Part shown: one piece after another, positions 52,956 through 64,000 of the stretch | Layout of the letters: every line of letters starts with the position of its first letter | Position numbering within the stretch: position 1 is the first letter of the stretch | From: Octopus vulgaris | Lineage: Eukaryota | Direction: 5' to 3' | Assembly (NCBI GenBank): GCA_951406725.2 | Contig: OX597826.1 | Location: 17,918,001-17,982,000 of the forward strand | DNA: 64,000 bases | Translations under genes and position numbers: made by a program | The notes under the pieces: generated by a model | The model's input: only the letters and a program-made list of their open reading frames with translations | The model's database searches: none | Told to the model about the DNA's origin: nothing

Positions 52956-52986
<31 letters not shown>

Positions 52987-53280
52987 ATGACGATGATGAC
53001 GATGATGACAGCAATGACAATGATAAGCAGGATTATGGAGACGATGATAGCAATGACAATAAAGGGGATGACGATAATGATGATGATGAGGATGACAGCA
53101 ATGGCAATGATGAGGAGGAGGATGGAGATGATGATGGCAACTGAAATGAAGACAAGGAGAAGGATGGTGATGCTGCTGTTGCTACTGCTGAAGATGATGA
53201 TGATGATGGTGGTGTTGGTGGTGGTGGTGGTGGTGATGATGATGATGATGATGATGGCAATGATGGCAGATGATGCTAAT
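52300..53280. repeat. Degenerate (GAT/GAC)-based composite tandem repeat
   Basis: Recurring gatgacagcaatgac...gataag...ggagatgatgatggcaac units. Confidence 0.8.
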
Positions 53281-53712
53281 GTTTACAAACTCTCTTTATT
53301 TTTTCTTTTGTTATTTGTTACAGTCATTAGTTTTGCTGCCATGGTTATTGCTGTTGTTGCTATATCAGTAATTTGGTACTCTTTATTCTTATACTGGTTT
53401 CTACCATTGCACTGTGGCCATTCTGGAGCATGGATTTCAAATGTTTTTAGTCAAACATACTGACTCCAGTGTTTACTTCACTCTGCTACTTACTTTAGTA
53501 ATACAAAATGATAAGCACTAAACACTTACACACACACACACATGCACACACATACTCAAACATATGTGTGTATGTGTTTGTATGTATGTGTGTGTGTATG
53601 TATGTATGTATGTATGTATGTATGTATGTATGTATGTATGTGTGTGTGTATGTATGTATATGTCTGTGTGTGCATGTGTGTGTATATGTCTGTGTGTGCA
53701 TGTGTGTGTATA

Positions 53713-53743
<31 letters not shown>

Positions 53744-54229
53744 ATACATACAGGCAGACAGCCACACAGATGGATAGATAGATAGATATACATATCCATA
53801 TTACATATATGTGTACATACGTATGTGTATCTGTGTATGTAGAGGAGGCTTCGGTACAATTTCCGCCTATTATTATTAGACATTGTTAACACGAGTCTGA
53901 GACAGAAAAAAGAATTGAACCATTTATCTGTTGCTTTATGTTACCTAATATAAGCACACGTCTGCACATTTTGGAGGAGGGTAGAGCCAGTTAACGCAAA
54001 TACTAGAGCAGAAGGTTGTAAAGGACTGTAACGAAATACCGTTTCAACATTGAATCTGTTGTTCTATAATTTCTGACACCAAACCCCACCACCCCCTCCT
54101 ACCAGCTATAATAACAAGAATGCTTTCGAACTTAAGCTCTGGGCCACACATTTCTAAGAGGTGGTTCATCTGAGTATTCAAAATACAGTAAGATTCTTTT
54201 ATTTGCTGTTTACCAATTCTGCCCCAAAA

Positions 54230-54259
54230 GGAACTACTGCTGCTACTACTACTACTACA

Positions 54260-54354
<95 letters not shown>

Positions 54355-54539
54355 CACCACCACTACTACTACTACCACCACCACCACCACTACTACTACT
54401 ACTATAACTGCTGCTGCTGATGATGATGAAGATGAGGATGATGATGATGAGGATGAGGATGATGAGGAGGAGGATGAGGATGAGGATGAGGATGAGGATG
54501 AGGAGGATGATGAGGATGATGATGATGATGAGGAGGATG

Positions 54540-54582
<43 letters not shown>

Positions 54583-54692
54583 GGATGATGATGAGGATGA
54601 GGATGAGGATGAGGATGAGGATGATGATGATGAGGATGAGGATGATGAGGATGAGGATGATGAGGATGAGGATTATTATTATTATTATTATT

Positions 54693-54744
<52 letters not shown>

Positions 54745-54782
54745 GGAGGAGGAGGAGGAGGAGGAGGAGGAGGAGGAGGAGG
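54230..54782. repeat. Compound trinucleotide microsatellite (ACT/ACC)n-(GAT/GAG)n-(TAT)n
   Basis: Directly visible in the sequence. Confidence 0.95.
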
Positions 54783-54829
54783 GTTTCAAATTTTGGCACA
54801 AGGTAAGCAATCAAATAGAATGCATCTTT

Positions 54830-57800
54830 CTGAGAAAATATATGGGGAACAATATCAGGAAGTGATACCTGGTGTGGAAGAAAGTTAAGTATTTTGGGGG
54901 AGAACTTTGGAACAGGCGAGTGAGACACGAAGAAAGTGCAGAGTGACTAACACAGGTGGGGAGACAACTTATAACTGTACCAAGACAAAAGGAAGTCAGA
55001 GATTGAAGTTAGAAAAAATAGCAAATTGGAAAGGAGCAGACCCAGCTGAAGCACAAGGTTACTTTATGTAGTTGTATGAAAGGATCCCTGCAGACCTGGA
55101 TGAATGCCTGCAACAGAATCACATCCCTGGATGACAAAGGGATGAATGTTAATATGGTTCAAGGAACCCTTGAAAGGTAAATTAGTAACAGATTTCCAAC
55201 CTATAACCTGTTCACCATTTATGTGGAAGGTTATGACTGGTGTCTTGGCTTAAAAGGAGTAAAATCATCTGGAAAGTAACAATCTACTTTCAGTAGAACG
55301 GAAAGGATGCAGGAAACAAAGTAGGGCAACAACAAAAAAAAAACACTTATTAGTTGACCAAATGACAATTAGAAATTGTAGATGCAGATTGGATTACAAA
55401 AAAAAAATGAAAACATATGACACGGTACCACAGATGGATAAGTTAAACAATGGGCATGTTTGGAGTGGCAGGAAATAAGGAGGAAATGGTGAATGAAAGT
55501 ATGAAGAATTAGAATACTGAACTGATTGGAGGAAAACAATAATTTGGGAAAGTGAACACGAGACATGGTATGTGTCAAGGTGATAGCTTATCTCCATTCC
55601 TATTTGTATTGGCCGTGACACCACTCAGTTTGATATTATGAGAAGCTAAAGTAGCTTATGATTTGGGAAAAAAGATATGGTTAGATAAACCATCTCCTTT
55701 TTATGGCTAATGTAAAGCTTTATGTGGAAAATGAGAAACAGCTTGAAAGTCTTGTACATACTACTCACATTTTCTCAAATGACATGGGTATGGAATTTGG
55801 GATTGAAAAGTGCATTATATTGATAATGAAATGAGGAATATTTAGGGAATTGAAATGCCAAGTGCCGAACAATGAAAGCAGTTGAGAAAGGACAACAGTA
55901 CAAATATCTGGGAATACTAGAGACAGATGAAATGAAGCATGAAGAGATGAAACAAATTACAAGTAGGGAGTATACAAGGAGTGTGAGAAAAATATTAGTC
56001 AAAGTGGAATTCACAAAATGTTATTGAAGCAATAAATGCAAGAGCAGCACCAATAATTAGATATGGAGTTGGAATTGTAGATTGGATCAAAAAGGACAAA
56101 CAGAAACTTGAAAGAAAATCTAGAAAGCTATTGACAATGAATGGAGCTCAACATCTGAAAGTTAATATAAACCAGTTGTACTCAAAGGGTGACTAGGGTG
56201 GAAGAAATTTATTTGCAGTGTAGGAATGTGTACAGGTGGAAAGAAAAAATTTACAAGGATATTTACAGAGCGGCACAGAGAAATTACTGAAGTCAGTGAA
56301 TAAAGAAGTCAGGTGGTCCAGTGTGGAACAGGAGAAATGGACAAAAATGAAATTCAAAGAGACCATGTTAAACAGACTAAACAAAAACATTCGCATGTTT
56401 GTTTTGGAAAGCCTTTGAAGATGTGTGGGAAACAAAAACCTGGGCTTGATTGAAAAAAGAGCAATTAAAAAAAGGTACAGAAAGCCTTATTATAGCAGCT
56501 CAAGATAAAGCATTAAAAACAAACAACTTGAGAAAATATGTGTATGGGGAGAAGATTTCAGCAAATTATAGAGTGTGGAATTCCAGGTGAAATAATGGCA
56601 CACAAATAGGAAGATAGTTTTTGTATGTGGCAGATGCTCAGCAGCAATAAACAATGAAAGTGTGCAGAGAACAACTTCTGCCACATTCCAGGGAGAAAAT
56701 CTAGAAGTAGTTGATAGCTTCTGTTACCTAGGTGACCAAGTCAGTAGTGGGTGTGGGTGTGCTGAAAGTGTAACTGCTAGAATAAGAATAGCCTGGGCAA
56801 AGTTCAGAGAGCTCTTACCTCTGCTGGTAACAAAGGATCTCTCGTCCAGAGTAAAAGGCAGACTATATGACGCATGTGTATGAACAGCCATGCTACATGG
56901 CAGTGAAACATGGGCCGTAACTGCTGAGGACATGCGTAAGCTCGCAAGGAATGAAGCCAGTATGCTCTGATGGATGTGTAAAGTCAGTATGCATACTTGA
57001 CAGAGTGTAAGTGCCTTGAGAGAAAACTTGGACCTAAGAAGCATTAGATGTGGTATGCAAGAGACAATTGTGCTGGTATAGCCATGTAGTGAGAATGGAT
57101 GAAGATAGTTGTGTGAAAAAGTGCAACACCCTAGCGGTTAAGGGAACCTGTGGAAGAGGTAGACCCAGGAAAACCTGGGACGAGGTGGTGAAGCACGACC
57201 TTCAAACATTAGGTCTCACCGAGGCAATGACCGAAACCTTTGGAAGTATGCTATGCATGAGAAGACCCTTCAAGGATGTAGCCAGCCCACTTATGCGTTC
57301 CTTTCCTTCTTTGGACACAAAACTCTGCTTGCGAAGACCTGTTGAGGCAAGTGAAATTGAAATTGAATTCGAAATCGAACCAAATTCGATGACTGGCACC
57401 CATGCCAACCTCCCTTCATTGGACACTAAACTCTGCTTGCAAAGACCTGTTGGGGTAAGTGAAATCGAAATTGAACTAAATTCGATGACTGGCACCCATG
57501 CCAGTGGAGTGCTAACAGCTCCATCCAAGCGGGATCACTGCCAGAGCAGCTGTCTGGCTTCTGCACTGGTGGGCATGTAAAAAGTACCATTTGAGCGTGA
57601 TCGTTACCAGTGTCTCCTTACTGGCACTTGTGCTGGTGGCACGTGAACAAAACATTCGAGCCAGGTCATTGACAGTGCTGTTGGACTGACTCCTGTGCAG
57701 GTGGAACGTAAAAAACACCATTTTTGAGCGTGGCCGTTGCCAGTACCTATTTCTTTATTACCCACAAGGGGCTAAACACAGAGGGGAGAAACAAGGACAG

Positions 57801-58640
57801 ACATAGGTATTAAGTCGATTACATCGACCCCAGTGCGTAACTGGTACTTAATTTATCGATCCCCGAAAGGATGAAAGGCAAAGTCAACCTCGGCGGAATT
57901 TGAACTCACAACGTAACGAAGACGAAATACCACTAAGCATTTCGCCCGGCGTGCTAACGGTTCTGCCAGCTCGCTGCAGACTGGCCCTCGTGCCAGTGAC
58001 ATGTAAAAGCACCCACTACACTCTTGGAGTGGTTGGCGTTAGGAAGGGCATCCAGCTGTAGAAACTCTGCCAGATCAGATGGGAGCCTGGCGCAGCCATC
58101 TGATTTGCCAGTCCTCAGTCAAATTGTCCAACCCATGCTAGCATGGAAAGTGGATGTAAAATAATGACGATGATTGCAGAATGTCCCAAGTTGGATAGTT
58201 AGAGAATATAAGAAATAGAGGCATGACCAAGTTGCAAAAGTTTTATACTGGAAGCTTTGTCAAAAATGAAGATATGAAGTTGGATGTATTTGGTCTGATC
58301 ATCAAACTGAAAGAGTGCTTGAGTAGGAAAAATGGGAGATTTTATGGGATTTTCCCATTCAAACAGTTAGGGAGGTAGAAAATAATAAACCAGACATAAC
58401 AGTAATAGACAAGGAAAAGTAAAATTGCTTACTAATTGATCCAGACAAATGGTTGAAGGCGATTGGAATAGAATGTCCTGTAGAGCTTCTATAGAAAGTT
58501 TGTACCTTAGGGACAGGAAAGATTATCAAAGGGTTTTGAAAAGTTATTGAAGGCTTGTGGATAACTAAAATTAAGGTAATAACCTGCTATCCACATAAAT
58601 TCTAGCAGGAATAAGAACAAACCTGAGTCAAATTGAATGA
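54830..58640 (+). mobile_element. R4/Dong-clade non-LTR retrotransposon (RT and RLE), decayed, interrupted by an RTE; ends in (TAA)n
   Basis: FQPITCSPFMWKVMTG, ERKGCR, DY..YDTVP, GDSLSPFLFVL and YKYLGILE before the RTE; IAECPKL...RHDQVAKVLYWKLCQK, ILWDFPIQT and NKPDITVIDK after it. Confidence 0.82.
56618..58152 (+). mobile_element. RTE LINE nested in the R4/Dong element, itself carrying a minus-strand SINE at about 57747-57975
   Basis: LEVVDSFCYLGDQV...ARIRIAWAKFRELLPLL...KGRLYDACV and [17 protein letters not shown]; RTE 3' end at about 58150. Confidence 0.9.
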
Positions 58641-58647
58641 TAATAAC

Positions 58648-58689
<42 letters not shown>

Positions 58690-58696
<7 letters not shown>

Positions 58697-59950
58697 GCTT
58701 TATTGGCTGAAAACAAAACAAAAAGCATGATACACAGACGAGGGACTGTGGAGTTAAACATGTAAACAGCAAAAAAACAAAAAAAAATTAACAAGGAGAT
58801 TAAACCAACAATATACTTCCCTAATAGGGGGGAGGGGAGCTCCACTGAGAGGCGACCAAAGGAGCTTCACACATTTTGGACCCCTAACACCAAAGGCACC
58901 TCAGGTAAGCACCCCTCTCCTCCTTATTCCATTCAGTCTACAGGTGCACACTTAGCGTAAGCCCATTCACACGAGCCATTCTTGCCACGTTTACCCAACT
59001 TTCAACAAACTTACTGGGTGATAGCACCTCCCTCTCCAGCCTCACTTTTCTTTTCAGATGGAACCTGAAAACATCAATGAGGCCTTGGCCGAAGAGGAAC
59101 ATAACCGTTTTCATCCCTTTCAATTGTGTCCACCATACAACTTCTTTTGCCATAGCCACCAAACAGAAAAAAAAACTGCCTGTCCTTCCTGGTCAAAGGA
59201 AGGAGGTGGGCCAATCTTCACAGTAGACTCAGACGATAGCCAGATCCATCCTACATGTGACAATAACTGTTCAAGAAAGCTCCACAAGTCAGAAATGTGT
59301 GGACACTGTACGAGAGCATGCAGAACAGTTTTATCACTCCACATGCATCTCGGACAAGCCTGTCTGACTGCATACCCATGCCTATTGAGCTTATCACAAA
59401 CTAGCAGAGTCCCCCGGTAGCACTACCTGGCCAGGGATTTCTGGAAATTATCCATAGGCTCCAGTCCAAAAGTCCTCCAGAAGAGACCAGAACCTCTCCA
59501 AGAACATCGTCACTCTTACCCTCCACTAATCCCCTATAGAACTCTAAGGTGGAACTTCCACTGACTGCATTGCTCGACCGGCTGACGACTGTAAGCACTT
59601 GAAGACACTCAAGGTGCCAAGCACCCTGCCTCAGTCTATGCCTGATCCAGAACTGTTGCCTCGTCAAGGAGATGAGCTGCGGAAAAGCACATCCAGCAAA
59701 CGGTGACCATATCTGCTCACCATTAAGGTATCACTGGAGATGTTGCAACCTCAGTGCATGTCTGTGCATCATCAGCCACAGCATGCCCACTCTTCCATAC
59801 AATGGATGCTAACAGCAAACGGACATTCTGACAAGCAGTTCCTGTCCCTTCCACAGGAAGCAGAAGAGCAACTGCACCAGCCTGTTAAGCCATGAAGTGG
59901 GGCAAGGGATGACAGTCAGGGGTAGTATATGATGGATGCAATGGATGCAT
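58690..59950 (-). mobile_element. Tx1/L1-like LINE 3' fragment
   Basis: CPRC..SDKTVLHALVQCPHISDLWSFLEQLL (zf-RVT-like CCHC) and VAMAKEVVWW. Confidence 0.7.
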
Positions 59951-60183
59951 TTGCCCCTCCATGCTATTTTACACTTGTGAACGTGTAAACATTTCACAGA
60001 TACTAATATTTGCACAATATTAGCAAAAGGCCCAAATATTATTTAGTTCTTTTTTTTTCTGGGGACAAAGACTATTGTCTTATGCTCCCTTTTAATCAAT
60101 AATATCAACGAAGACAGTAGTTTTGATAACAAAAATACCTGTCAAGCTTCCACCAACATTCTAGTCTTCCAACCAGAAGTACT

Positions 60184-60243
60184 CTAATAATAATAATAAT
60201 GATAATAATAATAGTAATTGTAATAATAATAATAATAATAATA

Positions 60244-60281
<38 letters not shown>

Positions 60282-60306
60282 AATGATGATAATAATAATA
60301 ATAATG

Positions 60307-60352
<46 letters not shown>

Positions 60353-60384
60353 TAATAATAATAGTAATTTTAATAATAATAATA

Positions 60385-60473
<89 letters not shown>

Positions 60474-60510
60474 AAGAAGAAGAAGAAGAAGGAGGAGGAG
60501 GAGGAGGATT
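60184..60510. repeat. Compound (TAA)/(TGA)/(AAG) microsatellite
   Basis: Directly visible in the sequence. Confidence 0.95.
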
Positions 60511-61930
60511 ACAATAACAACTGAACTGCAAAAACATTCACTACAATAAAAAAAAAACCCACAATGGATCAGAAGAAGGAAAACTTTGAGAAATATAGAC
60601 TGGCACTGCAAACACGAGCCACAATGTGTATCAAGGAACTGAGCAATATTCTAAAAACTGCAAACAACTGGAAAGCCACCGGGATTGACAAAATGCCCAG
60701 TTTTTGGTTAAACACCTAACCAGTACTCATGAATTTCCAGTAGTAGCAACATTCAATGAACTGGTAAGTAGACCAGATTCAAAACCACAAAGGCTGCTGG
60801 AGGGGAAAATCAATATTGATTCCCCGAAACAAAAACACAAGAGACCTCTAAAACTGTTGGCCTATAACTTGCTTGCCAACAATAAACTGTGTGTGTGACT
60901 AACTCTATTATAACAGTTCTGGTTGCAAAAGCTTGTCAATAGAGGAGCATTAACAGTATGATAATCTGTTGAAAGGAAGTGTAGTTGAGAATAGCTGCTG
61001 AAGCTGCAAATGGCTTGTGGTTAGTAAAGCTGTAAGATCAGACAAAAATGATTTGAGGTTTGATAACATTGTTTTCACTATATTTTGCTTATGAAAGAGA
61101 GAACCACTAAGGTAAATGCCCAGACTTTGGAAGGTGTGAGCTGCTGGCAAAAGCCATCAAAGTGAGAGCTAGAGTGGTGGGAGTTAGTATGGTGGACTTT
61201 GAAAAGCTAAATGTGCTCTTTTTTTTTCTAAAAGCAAATTTAATTTATGCATTCTGAAGTCCATTGTTGGATCCGTTTATTTCTTGAATAATTATAAATT
61301 CCATCACATTAGAATAAAAGAATTTGCTAGTTTGATCTGATAATAATAAACAAATTTCCAAAAATTAATGTAGCAGTTTACTGGTGAAAATTTTTTCAAA
61401 GGAATTCTGTTAGACATTAAAAGACAAAATCAAAATGAAAATTAAAATTATACAACAGAAAATAGAATAAAATCGGCTCCATGGCCAATAAGTTGCAATA
61501 GTTGTCAGAGGGAAGTGAACCAGGGTGAAAACTAACAATGGCTCGGTCTGAATTTAGCTGTGCAAAGCCAATGTCCAGCCACATGAACAAACTAATGAAA
61601 CAACAATTAATAACAAGACTAAACTATAATCTCAGTGCAATGAAATGGCTGACCATATCAATTCTGGTTGCCAAGTCCTTGCAAAGTCAGATTATATCCA
61701 TAGACATGATTGTGTTGGCCGAGCTTTTCCACTGGAAAATACAACTAGACTTTGATATGTAAACTGCAAAGTGGTAGATGACAGTAATTTGGTTTTAATA
61801 AACTGGGACATACCAGTCCAGAGTAACAAAGAAGATCAAGGTGAATTGTCCAGACATAAATTATCAAAACAGGAACAAAAATATTGTTGCATCTCAATTT
61901 TTTTCTCCTTGGAAAGGAAATCATGAAATT
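60510..61930 (+). mobile_element. R4/Dong-like fragments (about 60510-60900 and 61640-61930)
   Basis: NNWKATGIDKMPSFW, then DHINSGCQVLAKSDYIHRHDCVG and NWDIPVQSNK...NCPDI. Confidence 0.65.
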
Positions 61931-62609
61931 ATCCAACAGTAAATGTACCGAAATGAAAATAAACAGTTTACAGAGTATGAAAGCAAACACAGCAACAATA
62001 ATAATAAGTGTATAATAGGTGTATAATGAAGTACATGAATAGAAACAGAGCTAACAACTTTACACAGTCTAAAAAATAACCCTGCTAGGTTTAGTCCACA
62101 ATTCAATTAAATTGCATAACTCATAATGAACACTTTCTGCTTAACTCACACAGCAAATTCATCATTACCCAGTAAAGTAACGCATCACATATTCTAACGT
62201 AATCAACATCCAATACTTTAATACCTCTCTCAAAAGTTATATTCTATAGATTGTCACCCAATAATATAACAGAAACCTCACAACCTCCATTTGAACACTA
62301 AAACAAACATACAAACTTAGACATCACACACAAACATCATCCAACAAACTACAACTAACATTGCATATATTCTGCACAATAAAACACCAAAACACATCCA
62401 AAACCAATAAACCAAACCCAACAAGGTGCACCGGGTGATACAGAAAAACGTCACATAAAACTGTTGAAAACAAGATAGGTAATAGTAACTATTTATTAAA
62501 TAGTTAATAATTTCTAACTTTGCCATATCCCAGAACATAATGAGGTATAATTAAATATTGCCAGGCATTTGGTTCAACTTTTTAATATCTCTGTTACTTC
62601 ACCATCCCT

Positions 62610-62650
<41 letters not shown>

Positions 62651-62913
62651 AATAATAATAATAATAATAATAATGATAATAATAATAATAATAATAATGA
62701 TATTTTCTAATTTATGCACAAGGCCCAAAATTTTGGGGGAGAGGGCCAGTCGATTAGATCGATCCCAATACACAACTGGTACTCAATTTATTGACCCCAA
62801 AAGGATGAAAGGCAAAGTTGACCTCGGCAGAATTTGAATTCAGACCATAAAGACAGATGAAATATTGCTAAGCATTTTACCCAGCATGCTAACGATTCTG
62901 CCAGCTCACTGCC

Positions 62914-62960
<47 letters not shown>

Positions 62961-63083
62961 TGACCCCTAAAAGGATGAAAGGCAAATCGATCTTGGTGGT
63001 AATTGAACTCAAAACACAAAGCTAGAAGAAATGCCGTGATGCATTTCATCCCGCATGCTAACAGTTCTACCAACTTCCTGCCT

Positions 63084-63118
<35 letters not shown>

Positions 63119-64000
63119 ATGATGATGATGATGATAATGATAACAATAATAACATTTCTCTATCCCTTTCATTACCATCAATCAAGATCAACAACAGTAC
63201 GTACCTTTGAATACTATTAATGATGATAATGATTATGTTGCCTATGATGAAGAGGACAATGATGATGATGATGATGATGAGGAGGAGGAGGAAGAAGAGG
63301 AGAGGAGGAGGACGACGACGACAACGACAACGACAATGATAACAATAAAGATGATGATGATGACAATTATAAGTGTGCCAGACTATAAAGGACCACGCTG
63401 GGGGTAGGGAATGATCGCATCACCTACCCCCATAACGTAAATAGTTGCAACTCATTAATATTCCCACAATAATACTATTCTGTTTTGCTAATGATGCAGT
63501 CTCCGTCGTTAAGTTTCTGTGTAATCTGACCTCTGACAGCCTTAAAGTCATCATCATGATCATGATCATCACCATCATCATCATTGTTGTCATTACCGTC
63601 GTCGTTGCAGTTGCCAACTCTCAAGTAACCCAGAGTAGCTTACCTCAGCAAAAACTCCCACCTCATTCCTCCATCTGTTGCATAATTTCTGTGTATGTGT
63701 GTGAATGTGTGTCTGTGTAACTGTGTGTGTGTGTGTGTAACTGTGCATGTGTGTATGTGTGCATCTGCTTGTGCATATAGAAGTGTGAATGAACGTCTGC
63801 ATATACAGAAGCATATGTATAAATATTTATGATTATGTCATGTCTGTGTGTGTAGACACACAGACATGTGCAAATGTATTTACATGGATGTGCTTTCAGC
63901 CTGTGTTTGCATTTGTACATATGTTTTTATAAAAGTGGATACATATACAAATAATGTATGTATTAAACTACACACAATTTTGTATATATATGTGTATATA

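Noticed and set aside
54044-54928. Longest ORFs in the window (294 aa and 234 aa; poly-I/L/S/T/D/E)
   Set aside because: They are translations of compound trinucleotide microsatellites, open in several frames, with no gene structure.
60105-60611. Poly-Ile/Met ORFs, and the many [16 protein letters not shown] ORFs elsewhere
   Set aside because: Simple-repeat artefacts.

Overview
AT-rich, microsatellite- and repeat-dense eukaryotic DNA. The SINE and RTE repeats look like those of an octopod cephalopod (Octopus sp.); this is inferred from recalled repeat consensus sequences, not from a search. The only host gene I can support is the 5' part of a minus-strand DNAI7/CASC1 (CFAP94, axonemal dynein intermediate chain 7) orthologue. 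It has seven phase-consistent GT-AG coding exons, from the ATG at 30169-30171 down to 2099 (about 237 aa), and continues beyond the left edge. An RFX X-box lies about 45 bp upstream of the ATG. The rest is transposon debris: tRNA-derived SINEs, RTE, R4/Dong, Tx1/L1 and CR1/Jockey-like LINEs, Penelope-like elements, mariner, maT, Tigger, hAT, MITEs and Helitrons. The most notable unannotated structures are (1) three type-I hammerhead ribozyme motifs, all on the DNAI7 sense strand inside introns, (2) a near-perfect 426-bp hairpin in intron 3, (3) a young GC-rich RTE/BovB-like insertion with an exact TSD, and (4) a possible second promoter near 36.85 kb. All assignments were made by eye and no database search was run.
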